64,000 nucleotides of DNA, taken from the IMG/VR virus record IMGVR_UViG_3300025585_000040, positions 1 to 64,000 of that record; one strand, written 5' to 3'. Numbering within the stretch: the stretch's first letter is position 1; each line of letters starts with the position of its first letter. The translations under genes and the position numbers were made by a program. The notes below the pieces were generated by a model. It searched no databases, was not told the DNA's origin, and was given only the letters and a program-made list of their open reading frames with translations. Positions 10,931 through 20,718 of this stretch are shown here, one piece after another. The DNA is from a virus.

Positions 10931-11573
10931 TTACAAAGCAACACCCGAACAGTGGGAGCATGTACACATTTGCGCCGGTATGAAACACCAAGTCCCGTGG
11001 GCTACTGCGGATTGCCTTCTTGAACTCCGCGACAGGGTTCAGTTGCTGGAGGATGCAGTTCAGAAGCACATCGTCGAAACCAGTGCCAACATCTTGGCCC
11101 TGGCAAGCCGAGTCGAGACGCTGGAGCGCTCCCAGCAACAGCCTGAGCTGATTGACGCGGAAGAAAACAACCGCCGGTTTCATGAGTGTATGGACTTGAT
11201 CCGCAATGCCACGCCAGAACAGATCCGTGCAGCCGCCGAGTTGCCCGATCGTCCAGCATCAAAGGTCTACGAGATCAATGAACCGCTGAAGTTGACACCC
11301 GAGCAGGCGCAACAGGTCAGGGATCTGCTTGCGCCAGAGCCGCGACGCAACTATCCGGCCAAATCAGATAGTTCGCTGCTGGAGCGGGTGGCCATTGCCA
11401 TCAGCCGATGTGAAGACTCCTCCTGCTGGGACGACGAGGCTGTTAACTGGGAGCCCGAAGCGCGCGCCGCAATCCGTGAGGTGGCCTTGTGGCTTAACGA
11501 AGCTCCCTTGGATCTTTACCCCGGCGATCGCGGCATCGTCGTCAATGCCCTCTATGACCAAGCAAACCAATGA
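10923..11573 (+). CDS. Hypothetical mosaic protein
   Basis: 216-aa ORF overlapping both neighbours. Confidence 0.65.
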   Translation: MTDYKATPEQWEHVHICAGMKHQVPWATADCLLELRDRVQLLEDAVQKHIVETSANILALASRVETLERSQQQPELIDAEENNRRFHECMDLIRNATPEQIRAAAELPDRPASKVYEINEPLKLTPEQAQQVRDLLAPEPRRNYPAKSDSSLLERVAIAISRCEDSSCWDDEAVNWEPEARAAIREVALWLNEAPLDLYPGDRGIVVNALYDQANQ

Positions 11574-11744
11574 CTGATTTCAAGTTCATGCCGCTGGACA
11601 GTCTTGAGGATCGTCTCGGCAATGCGCTCGGCCTGGCGCTGTTCATGATCCGCAACCCGAAGATTGTGGATAACAAGGCCATGGCTCAGATCGAGACACC
11701 CTTCAAGGAGTGGTGTGACGCGATCGTTGATGGGGGGCTGCTCA

Positions 11745-12047
11745 ATGACTGACCTTTCTCCCGTCGCCCAGGCGGTGCTCACCGCTCAAGCCAAGGAGCG
11801 CTGCCTTTTTGAGTGGAGCGCCCTGAACGATCCTCCATGTCATCCGAGCGACTCTGGATGGAATGGCTGCGTCCAGTGCGTAGACCGCCGAGGCCTGGCC
11901 GCCGCCCTGCGAGCTGTTGCGGATCAGCTTCCACTTCAACCACTCACTCGAAAGCCTGCCGATCCGTTTGAGGAAGGACTTCGCCAAGGACAGGAGCTGA
12001 GTCGCGTCGAACTCCTCGCCATCGCTGATGAACTTGAAACCCAGTAG
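11745..12047 (+). CDS. ELEAQ-family protein, copy 3
   Basis: MTDLSPVAQAV..AAALRAVADQ..IADELETQ; Cys-containing insert. Confidence 0.7.
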   Translation: MTDLSPVAQAVLTAQAKERCLFEWSALNDPPCHPSDSGWNGCVQCVDRRGLAAALRAVADQLPLQPLTRKPADPFEEGLRQGQELSRVELLAIADELETQ

Positions 12048-12061
12048 TCATTCCCACTTCT

Positions 12062-12295
12062 ATGCCTGAACTTTCACCCGCCGCACAAGTAGTGCTAGAT
12101 GCTGCCAATGGTGCTTCATCCTACGGTCCAGATGATTGCCTCAATGAATCTCGCTGGATTGCTGCCGCCGCCCTGCGAGCTGCTGCGGATCAGATTGAAA
12201 ACCTCTACTGCGATGGTGATGTGGAAGACAGTCCTGGCATCGTCTTCGCCTTGCGTCAGTTAATGCTTATTGCCAACGAGCTTGAAGCCCAGTAG
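12062..12295 (+). CDS. ELEAQ-family protein, copy 4
   Basis: Same three blocks. Confidence 0.7.
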   Translation: MPELSPAAQVVLDAANGASSYGPDDCLNESRWIAAAALRAAADQIENLYCDGDVEDSPGIVFALRQLMLIANELEAQ

Positions 12296-12315
12296 TCACC
12301 TTCACTTCTCTTTCT

Positions 12316-12549
12316 ATGACCCAACTCTCACCCGCTGCTAAAGCAGTCCTGATTGCTTTTTTAGGTGATGCCGAAAATACGGGGCTGGAAATAGACGACA
12401 TGCGAGAAAACCTTGCCTCCTCCCTCCGCGTTGTGGCAACTGCCCTTGGTGCCGAAGAAATGCTTCGCACTGAATCAAAATGCACCGAAGGCGTGAAGTT
12501 GTGCGTGCAACGCATCTATGCCATTGCTGCAGAGCTTGAAGCCCAGTAG
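12316..12549 (+). CDS. ELEAQ-family protein, copy 5
   Basis: Same three blocks. Confidence 0.7.
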   Translation: MTQLSPAAKAVLIAFLGDAENTGLEIDDMRENLASSLRVVATALGAEEMLRTESKCTEGVKLCVQRIYAIAAELEAQ

Positions 12550-12924
12550 TCCGATCAACTACTATGACTAAACTACCTCACCAAATGTGGCAATGGGACG
12601 ATGATGCAGAATCCGCTTTCGTCAACTGGTTTAATTCTCAAACCAGTGAATCCCTGTTCAATCTCATGTCTGAGTACTTCTACGAAGATTGCCGAGTAGA
12701 AGACGCGAAGACACGAGAGGACATGATGTACAAGTGGGTACACCTGGCTTTTGTAACCGGCTATATGTACGGGAAGCCTGTCACCTCAAGTGTGGAACCT
12801 TGAGGCAGGGCTTCCGTCAGGTCGAACCGGGCTTCACGAGGCTCCGGTCTTAACGACGCCTGAACGCCGGTAACGCCACATGAATGAACAAGTGGAACGT
12901 CAAATCTAACATCACACAACAACC

Positions 12925-13224
12925 ATGAAAGGGTTCAGCACCAAGAAACCCAACACCCGTAAAGCCACTTATTGGGTTGCTTGCTACGTCCAACACGACG
13001 AGGACGATCCCATCTCAATCCAAAAACAGCAGATTGAGTACGTTCCTGGACAGGATAAAGAGCAGCTGATGCTCAAGGCATGTCACAAGCTGTTTAAGCA
13101 GGATCCGACTGTCTGGGAGGTTCTTGTGCACCAGGGGCCGAATGAAGTCCCAGACTCTGGAGATCAGGTCGTCGCCAGGTTAAGCCGCGAAAAATTTGAC
13201 GGGGCAGAGGAGTTGACAATATGA
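12925..13224 (+). CDS. Hypothetical protein
   Basis: 99-aa ORF with ATG start. Confidence 0.6.
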   Translation: MKGFSTKKPNTRKATYWVACYVQHDEDDPISIQKQQIEYVPGQDKEQLMLKACHKLFKQDPTVWEVLVHQGPNEVPDSGDQVVARLSREKFDGAEELTI

Positions 13225-13658
13225 ACAGATTTGTTTTATATTTTGATCGGTTCTGATCAGACCCCAGTGGCCACTGGTTTGTAATCGATCCTCGTCCCTC
13301 GATTACAGTATGCCTTCGATGGGTGGAAGCATCGAAGCACGATGAAGCAAAACGGTAAGGCACGGGCCGCACCCGGTAAGGTTCCTAACGCGGAACATCC
13401 TTACCCTTTGTTCAAAGCAAACCGCCAGTTTGGATCGGACGATAGGATTGACCGCGATAACGGAGCCACAGGGTCGGCCTGTGAGCTAGGTTCCACCAAT
13501 TGCGGTTACGGAGCCCCTCTTCTTCCTTGAAGTACTTGGCGCCGCGATAAGTCAGTTGAGTCATGGGAATACCCACGTACTCTCTACTGTATAAATAAAG
13601 ACTGAAATGTAGTCGTTTATACAGTTACATTCAAAGTTAAATTAATATAAAGATTTGA

Positions 13659-13771
13659 GGGCGCGTCCCCACCGTGGCCAACGGAAAGGGACGGTCAGTT
13701 ACCAAGCGCAGGAGACAGCAAAAACTACGCTTCCCTCGGATAAAGGGCCTGACGCTGTCCTTCTTCGGCCC
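13659..13771 (+). ncRNA. Candidate structured ncRNA
   Basis: GC-rich multi-stem island between AT-rich flanks; no convincing ORF. Confidence 0.35.
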
Positions 13772-14158
13772 ATATTATAATAAGGCTTATGCACTGTCTA
13801 AAATCCCTTACCCGTGGTAACCTTAAGCAAACCAAAATTAATAGGATGCGTCTCTAGTGATTCCGGCAACCTCAGTGTGCTGGACCCGTGCCATCTCACA
13901 GTGTCTGAATCTGGTGAGGTACGCCTTCCGGCCTGGAACCTACACACAAACTTCAGCACCGAGCTTGGCGACGGCGAGTTCACCGTCTATGAGCAGAGGG
14001 ACCGGCGAGGTAGACTGAGAAGAGTGGTAATTGAAATCGATTGACCCCGGTTGACCCCAGGAAAACGCCGAACAAGTGGCTGCAGGCAGCGCTGCTGGAC
14101 ATGCTCGAGCAGAACACCGAGGAGTCGCGAGCGGATCTGGTGGAAGCAATTCAAATCC

Positions 14159-14761
14159 TCAGCCAGTCAATAGAACCTGGAGTAGTTGACTCAAGTTTTG
14201 GTCCTTGGATAGATCAATATCTTGAGCTTTTGGCTGAACACGAAAGCAATCAAAATAACGTTCGCCAACAGTATTCGCCAGAGGATCAACAGGCATCACC
14301 CCAGTGATGTTGAAGGTTTTACGGATTGAATCATTCGCATAGGGCGGGCGATACCAGTAAAACTCTCGTTTGAAGGGGTCGATCACCCACTCAGGGTGGT
14401 AGCGGTGCCAGCGACTCCAGGCGCGGAACTGCCGATCTGGATCTCCTGAGGTGCAGTCCAGAACGATGGCGTCGCCAGGGGGAATCATCCATCGCATACG
14501 GAGCACTTCCTCGAAGCCCCGCTTGATGGCCTTGATCCCTGAACGACCGTGAAAATGATTATCAATCGAACGACGACGTTTATTCTTGCGCTTCCAATAC
14601 CAATCGTTTAGCTGACGGCGAGATTTACCGATAGCAAAACCTACATTCCACACCCAGAACCCTTCCTCGTACTGTGACAGAGGTTCAAAGAAAATTTTGC
14701 AGAGTTGACCATCGACAGTAAATGTAGAAGAGGTAAACTTGCGGCAAACTCTGTACGACAT
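14159..14761 (-). CDS. Hypothetical Trp-rich protein
   Basis: 200-aa ORF from MSYRVCRK; overlaps + strand neighbours at both ends. Confidence 0.6.
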   Translation of the reverse strand: MSYRVCRKFTSSTFTVDGQLCKIFFEPLSQYEEGFWVWNVGFAIGKSRRQLNDWYWKRKNKRRRSIDNHFHGRSGIKAIKRGFEEVLRMRWMIPPGDAIVLDCTSGDPDRQFRAWSRWHRYHPEWVIDPFKREFYWYRPPYANDSIRKTFNITGVMPVDPLANTVGERYFDCFRVQPKAQDIDLSKDQNLSQLLQVLLTG

Positions 14762-15293
14762 TGTGGAAGAACTCCTTAGACTTATACAGTCAGACCCAGA
14801 ACTCTGGGAAATTATTGAGCAATTAAAGCACCAGGACGAAAGCCCAGAAGACTTCATCCTCAGCGTAGCGCAAATGTTATCGGTTGAGTTCCAAGAGTTG
14901 CACCGTACGGATCTCAGCGATAAATTGGCCGCATTGTTCGGTGGTCTACCTCCTGCGGCATTTCAGATGGTTCCTCTGCTGTTGCACATTGCCCTCGATA
15001 TTTTCCTGCTGAAGGCAATTCCCAATCACGACGCGATTCGAGACTGAGCCATGCAGACAGGATACGTGATCTGCTCCCCAGATTTGGAGCATGTGTTGTG
15101 CCTGACGGAAGGCCGCGACGGTGTGCGGCTGGTCCCAGTTGAGACGACCAAGGAGCTGAACAAATCGATTTGCTTGTCGGACCTGACTGAGGCGAAAAAT
15201 ATTTACAAAAGGCTTCAGGATTCGGGGTTGATTAATAGCCTCGAGATCTGTAATGTGGCAAGGCTCTATAAAAAGTTCTACTGATCCGATCTT

Positions 15294-17141
15294 ATGTTGA
15301 GTCTCATTTGCGACATTGAAACGAATGGGCTCCTCCACGAATTGGATCGGGTTCACTGCATAGTTCTGCGAGACGTAACTACTGGTGAGGTATGGAGCTG
15401 TGCTGACCAGCCAGGGTATGTACCACTAGGAGAAGCGCTCGAGCTGATCCGCCGTGCAGATCGGCTTGTCGGGCACAACCTGATAAATTTTGACCTCAGG
15501 GCGCTAAAGAAGGTTTATCCTAATCTCAACCTGAGACCCGACTGCGACATCGTAGACACACTCATCATGAGTCGTGTTCTGTGGCCAGAGTTAGATCCTG
15601 TTGACGAGCAAAAGTTCTCTCACATCGACAAGAAATACAGGGGGCGACACTCACTTGCTGCCTGGGGCGAGCGGTTGGGCGTAGCAAAGATCAAATTCCA
15701 AGAAAATCAGAAGAAAGATCCAGATGTCGACAATGTCTGGGATCATTGGAGCGCTGAGATGCAGGAATACTGCGTCGGCGACACACTGGTAACTCAAGAA
15801 CTCTATGCGTACCTTGTCACCCAAGAATTGGATCCCCGCTGCCATAAGTTGGAGCACGACTTTGCTAAAGTCATGGCACTCCAAGAGGAATTCGGTTTCC
15901 CATTTAATGAGAAAGCGGCCTTCGCATTGGTTAACACCCTTAAGGCTCGTAGGGGTGAGCTCGACGATCAGCTCCAGGAAATATTCCCACCTATTGTCGA
16001 AGAAAGAATCTCCGCTAAAACAGGACGCAAACTTAAAACTAAGGTCACTCCGTTTAACGCCGGTTCGCGTACGCAAATTGCCGATCGGTTACGAGAGCGT
16101 TATCCTGAAATTAAGTTCGAATACAGCGAAAAGGGGAATCCGAAAGTCGATGATGATGTTCTGGAGCTCCTTGGAGAGAAATATCCGGAAGCTAAAGTCC
16201 TCGCTGAATATCAACTACTGAATAAGCGTCTCGGCCAAATCGCTGACGGTAAGGAGGCTTGGCTGAAACACTGTCGGCGATATGGCGACGGCCGGATCCA
16301 CGGTGGCGTCAAGACGAATGCTTGTGTGAGCGGACGTTGTAGCCACGTTTCTCCAAACATGGCGCAAGTTCCGTCTGTCGGACACACCTACGGTGCTGAA
16401 TGTCGTGCGTTATTTACGGCACCAGAGGGTTGGATGTTGATCGGTACTGACGCGGCAGGTTTGGAGTTACGTGCGCTCGGAGCTTGGTTAGCGCATTTTG
16501 ATGGCGGAGAATATGCAAAACTTGTGAGTACAGACGGGTTCGATGTTCATACTTATAACGCCAAATTGTTTGGTATTTATGACGGCCAAGGTGAGATTCA
16601 GAAAGCAACTAGAGACCTGAGTAAGCGTCTAATTTACGCCCTGCTGTACGGGGCTGGGGCTAAAAAAGTAGGCAGCGTCGTCGATATAACGTTAAGTGAG
16701 CAACAGCAATATGAGGTAGGGAAAAAGACTATCGATACTTTCTACCGTAATCTACCAGCAATCAAGAAGTTGAAAGATAAAATTGATGAGCGAATTACGA
16801 CGCGTGGTTACCTCGTCGGGATCGACGGTAGGCATCTTCAAATCCGCTCCAGGCACTCAGCTTTGAATCAACTGCTTCAGTCGACTGGGGCTGTGGTAAT
16901 GAAGAAAGCTACCTGTATTTTACACGAAGATCTGGAAGCCGCTGGATTAAAGCACGGGAAAGATTACGGATTCTGTGCCAACATTCACGACGAATATCAG
17001 ATTGCTGTACTACCTAACTATGTAGAACAAGTGCAGGAAGTATCGATTAAAGCAATCGAGAAGTCGGGTGAGTTCTTTGGTTTACTGTGCCCGTTCACTG
17101 GGGAATCCAGGTCTGGATACAATTGGAAAGAAACTCATTGA
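15294..17141 (+). CDS. polA: T7-like family A DNA polymerase with 3'-5' exonuclease
   Basis: DIETNGL and GHNLINFD exonuclease motifs; motif A DAAGLELR; motif B KRLIYALLYG (Tyr at the 762-equivalent position); motif C HDE. Confidence 0.95.
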   Translation: MLSLICDIETNGLLHELDRVHCIVLRDVTTGEVWSCADQPGYVPLGEALELIRRADRLVGHNLINFDLRALKKVYPNLNLRPDCDIVDTLIMSRVLWPELDPVDEQKFSHIDKKYRGRHSLAAWGERLGVAKIKFQENQKKDPDVDNVWDHWSAEMQEYCVGDTLVTQELYAYLVTQELDPRCHKLEHDFAKVMALQEEFGFPFNEKAAFALVNTLKARRGELDDQLQEIFPPIVEERISAKTGRKLKTKVTPFNAGSRTQIADRLRERYPEIKFEYSEKGNPKVDDDVLELLGEKYPEAKVLAEYQLLNKRLGQIADGKEAWLKHCRRYGDGRIHGGVKTNACVSGRCSHVSPNMAQVPSVGHTYGAECRALFTAPEGWMLIGTDAAGLELRALGAWLAHFDGGEYAKLVSTDGFDVHTYNAKLFGIYDGQGEIQKATRDLSKRLIYALLYGAGAKKVGSVVDITLSEQQQYEVGKKTIDTFYRNLPAIKKLKDKIDERITTRGYLVGIDGRHLQIRSRHSALNQLLQSTGAVVMKKATCILHEDLEAAGLKHGKDYGFCANIHDEYQIAVLPNYVEQVQEVSIKAIEKSGEFFGLLCPFTGESRSGYNWKETH

Positions 17142-18452
17142 TTAACGACTAATCTCTTCAAAGTCCATTGAGGCGTGAATAGCCGCAGTATTTATATCCG
17201 CTGCGGCAGTCAGTGTCAACTCAAAGGGAGTGGAAGTAAAAGAATCTCTTTCTAATTGGAAAGAAAATAACGCTTCCTTTAGGATGTCGACAACCGCAGA
17301 ACCCTGGTTAGAGCCAAATGTAAAACCGCTGGCTAATGTCCTGCCTGTGCCAGTGGTAAAGCTGGTTCCGGTAATGTTGTACTCCACGGCAGAATCTGTC
17401 GCTGCACTAACCCATGTTCCACCTGTTGTGGTGCCGCTGGCAACTACACGCCAATTATATGTAGCATTGTTGGTCAGACCGAGGATGGATAAGGCAGTGA
17501 GGATAACGATGGCGTCTAAGCGATCCGGAGATGTTTTAAGTCGAACTGAAATAACTGGGTAATAAGTACCAGCAGTTGCCAGTGAGCTAGGCGTGAGAAT
17601 AGGAGTAGAAACAGCCCGCTGTGCACCGCGTAATTCATATCCACCCTCTGAAATCACAGTAGAGCACACCTGTTTTAATGTGCTGCTACTTGCAGTTACG
17701 CCTAAATTCTCGATCTCGTAACGTAATGGAAGAGACGCGGTCGTGATGTAAGTCGCTGTGATGAAATTAGCATGATTGAATGAATGGCAGTGAACGAATG
17801 TACCGTCAATTACAAAGCCAAGACGAACAGTACCAAGGCCCAACCATTCAACATCCATCCAAAAAATTTGAGCTTTCGTAATATCAAGTACAACTCCAGA
17901 AGGACCGGTTCCGTCTAGCTTGTCGACATTCCAATCTGCTTGTGCAACCCGCGTTTCTAATGGCGATCCACTAACTGAACTACGCTCTACTAAAGATAAT
18001 GTGCTTCCTGAGAGTTCAATGTACATCCCATTTGCAGCTCCAAAATAACCGACACGCTGCCGTAAATTTGTTTTGGCTGGATTTAGTACAAAAGTACTGA
18101 GAACAAGAAGACTCTTCCCTGGCTGATAAGAAAATACTTTTTTGGTTTCGCGGTAAACTTTAGATCCTGATGTAGTGTCAACAGTCAGATTCACAAGACC
18201 TTCATTAACACTAAATGTCGCCGCTCCTCCGCTGGCTGTACTTGTTGACCATAAACCATTATCTGCGTAGCGGTGACTCGAATCAAATAGCGTGAGCGGC
18301 TGAGCAACGCGCAAGCGACCGAATGCATCTCCAGATGTTGAGGCTTCCCCAGGTAGTTGAGGCGAAATAGCAACGTTCAGGACCCTGTCGTCAGGATTGA
18401 TAACCTGGACAACTTCGTAGCGGTTATGGTCCCGAGCGATGACTGTTGCCAT
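17142..18452 (-). CDS. Virion structural protein
   Basis: DAFGRLRV..PLTLFDS, YQPGKS, WLGLGTVRLGF; beta-rich type seen in cyanophage structural genes. Confidence 0.6.
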   Translation of the reverse strand: MATVIARDHNRYEVVQVINPDDRVLNVAISPQLPGEASTSGDAFGRLRVAQPLTLFDSSHRYADNGLWSTSTASGGAATFSVNEGLVNLTVDTTSGSKVYRETKKVFSYQPGKSLLVLSTFVLNPAKTNLRQRVGYFGAANGMYIELSGSTLSLVERSSVSGSPLETRVAQADWNVDKLDGTGPSGVVLDITKAQIFWMDVEWLGLGTVRLGFVIDGTFVHCHSFNHANFITATYITTASLPLRYEIENLGVTASSSTLKQVCSTVISEGGYELRGAQRAVSTPILTPSSLATAGTYYPVISVRLKTSPDRLDAIVILTALSILGLTNNATYNWRVVASGTTTGGTWVSAATDSAVEYNITGTSFTTGTGRTLASGFTFGSNQGSAVVDILKEALFSFQLERDSFTSTPFELTLTAAADINTAAIHASMDFEEISR

Positions 18453-18454
18453 TG

Positions 18455-20020
18455 TTACCTATTGAAATAAGGAAGCCTGCCCCTCTGGAGCTGACCAAAG
18501 AAGTATTGTAACTCGTTTCCAGCCTTTCTAGTCCTGTTAGCCCAAGCACTTCTTGCTTGCTGTGCAGCAGATTGTGCCTGAGTGATAATATTACCCTCTC
18601 CGGCTACAGATCCTCTTGGAACAATTACCGGTTTATTGTTCTTGTAAGCAATTCCCTTGTTCGTGTATCTTCCCTGAGGATCAAGAACGGTATTGCTCCT
18701 TGTGTCAACGAATTGACCCTCCGGTCCGAGTCGTTCAATTGCTGCCGTAGGTCTGCCTCCCAGACTTTCAGAACTGATTGGATCAGTTAAAGCACTTACC
18801 AAAGATTCTTGAGGAGAAGCACCTAGAGCGTAGTTAATTCCTGCATCAAGTAAAAATGCTTTGGTTGCAGGCTTGGCAGAAGAAAGGGCAACTTGTGGCA
18901 CGGCACGCGCAGCTCTCACAGGAGCTCCGAGAGACCCGCGACCTTCGAGTATGTTCCGACCAATTAAATAATTACGCGTACCAACAGCCTTTTGGAATGG
19001 TGTGAAATCAGGAGCAGGACCAGTTCCAAGCGCACTTGGCTTAGATGCGTCGAAGTTATCTAAGAACTCTGTATATGGCTGGATAGGTAATAGACGTTCG
19101 CTGCCTCTGGTAAACATTTGTACGTTACCAGACGAACCCCCATATGGACCTTTAATCTCCACTTCTGTCATGGGGCCAGCTAACCCCGCCTTTTCATATA
19201 AATTTGCCCTCCAGTATTCATCACCACCTGGGCGCAACGTTCTGGAGGATTCACGTACTGGCGTTAGTTGAGAGACAGAACCAAAAGGTTTTTCAGCTTG
19301 TAAGATTTGTTCTTTAAAAGTATCAAGAGTTGATTGTTTGAGATTTTGTGGTAACTCAAATCCACGATCTCTCCAATAAGATGGCGTTGCCATCTCACCA
19401 CTCGGTCTAATTATTGCTGAGGGCCTTTTGCTCAGTCTGTCAATTTCCTCTTGAGATGATGCTCTTAAGGGTCCTGACTCCGCTAAAGGTGTACCTGCGT
19501 CCTCTGCTTGGTAAGCAGCTCGACTATTCTCATAGTTTCGTGGATCTTGAAATATTTCCTCGATATCACGCTTATTCACATCGCTAACATTTGGTGCAGT
19601 TTCAAACCCGTAGTCCACAGTTGTTCCTGTGGGTACGCGAAAATCTTTCAAAAAACGCTGAGCTGCACTAGTAGGAGTTCCACCACCAGGGAAAGGTAGT
19701 GACTCAAATTTCATTTGCCAAGGGTTTTTTGTCGTCGGATCAACTGCTCCGGGTATATCTATAATGCTTTCTTTACCACCGGAAAGGCCAAATAAGCTAT
19801 CAGATTCCTGGATCTCCCGCCTTACATTAGGACGCCCGCCAAATAATCGCTGCGCATCAAATGTTTGATTAACAATATTGTCTTTGTCGATTCCTTTGCG
19901 ACCGATAATATTACCTTCGCCATAGAAATCAAGGATTTCCTGATCGGTGGTTGTATTACGAAGGTAATTGGTAAAGAAATCGTCTATCTTGCCACGAATT
20001 CCTTTGGTATCTTCAGGCAC
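18455..20020 (-). CDS. Hypothetical protein, possibly internal virion protein
   Basis: 521-aa ORF, P/G/S-rich, co-oriented with the structural gene. Confidence 0.55.
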   Translation of the reverse strand: MPEDTKGIRGKIDDFFTNYLRNTTTDQEILDFYGEGNIIGRKGIDKDNIVNQTFDAQRLFGGRPNVRREIQESDSLFGLSGGKESIIDIPGAVDPTTKNPWQMKFESLPFPGGGTPTSAAQRFLKDFRVPTGTTVDYGFETAPNVSDVNKRDIEEIFQDPRNYENSRAAYQAEDAGTPLAESGPLRASSQEEIDRLSKRPSAIIRPSGEMATPSYWRDRGFELPQNLKQSTLDTFKEQILQAEKPFGSVSQLTPVRESSRTLRPGGDEYWRANLYEKAGLAGPMTEVEIKGPYGGSSGNVQMFTRGSERLLPIQPYTEFLDNFDASKPSALGTGPAPDFTPFQKAVGTRNYLIGRNILEGRGSLGAPVRAARAVPQVALSSAKPATKAFLLDAGINYALGASPQESLVSALTDPISSESLGGRPTAAIERLGPEGQFVDTRSNTVLDPQGRYTNKGIAYKNNKPVIVPRGSVAGEGNIITQAQSAAQQARSAWANRTRKAGNELQYFFGQLQRGRLPYFNR

Positions 20021-20094
20021 AGTTTGGCTTAATAGTCTCTTCTACTTGCCATTCTACATAAACCTAGTACACTGTACATGCTTCCGCTACTCCC

Positions 20095-20265
20095 ATGGAA
20101 CACCAACGGTTCTACGACATCAAGAAGTCGCTCGAGGACATGTCGATGGATGAGCTCGAGCAGATGAGTAAAGATCTTAACAAATTGGTACATGTGCTCG
20201 TCTCGCGCCAGATTGCGGTAGAAGACACAATCCTGGAGCGCCTGGAGGGTGTGTTCGCTCAGTGA
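20095..20265 (+). CDS. Small helical protein
   Basis: MEHQRFYDIKKSLEDMSMDELEQ..; 56 aa, below the ORF-track cut-off; GTGA overlap with the deaminase. Confidence 0.55.
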   Translation: MEHQRFYDIKKSLEDMSMDELEQMSKDLNKLVHVLVSRQIAVEDTILERLEGVFAQ

Positions 20266-20714
20266 CAAATGATGAACGAAAGTGGCACTACCGCTTCCTT
20301 CGATTAGCAAGTGAGATCGCGGAATTCAGTAAGGATCCATCAACCAAAGTAGGCTGCATCCTTGTCCGTGATCGCCGCATCATCAGCACTGGCTACAACG
20401 GTTTCCCTAGAGGGATCAGTGACTCCTTCGACCGGTTGCTGGACCGAGACAAGAAGTACGAAATGACCGTCCACGCTGAGATCAACGCAGTCACAACCGC
20501 TGCTCTCCATGGGGTCAGTACGGAGGGGTCGACAGCTTATGTCACCTTTCAACCATGTAGCCGCTGCGCTGCAGTACTGATCAACGCTGGCATCCGAGAG
20601 GTCTATGTAACAGCTGATACCTTGATTCCGGATCGGTGGTTGGACAACATGATCCTTGCCGCTAACCTCTTGAAGGAGGCTGGCATCCTCCTCACAACAC
20701 TAGACCCGTCTTGA
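20262..20714 (+). CDS. dCMP deaminase
   Basis: SKDPSTKVG, TGYNGFPRG, HAE, PCSRC. Confidence 0.92.
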   Translation: MTNDERKWHYRFLRLASEIAEFSKDPSTKVGCILVRDRRIISTGYNGFPRGISDSFDRLLDRDKKYEMTVHAEINAVTTAALHGVSTEGSTAYVTFQPCSRCAAVLINAGIREVYVTADTLIPDRWLDNMILAANLLKEAGILLTTLDPS

Positions 20715-20718
20715 ACCC

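Noticed and set aside
9592-12560. CRISPR array or integron
   Set aside because: The repeats are coding gene ends with irregular spacing; no cas or integrase gene and no attC-like palindromes.
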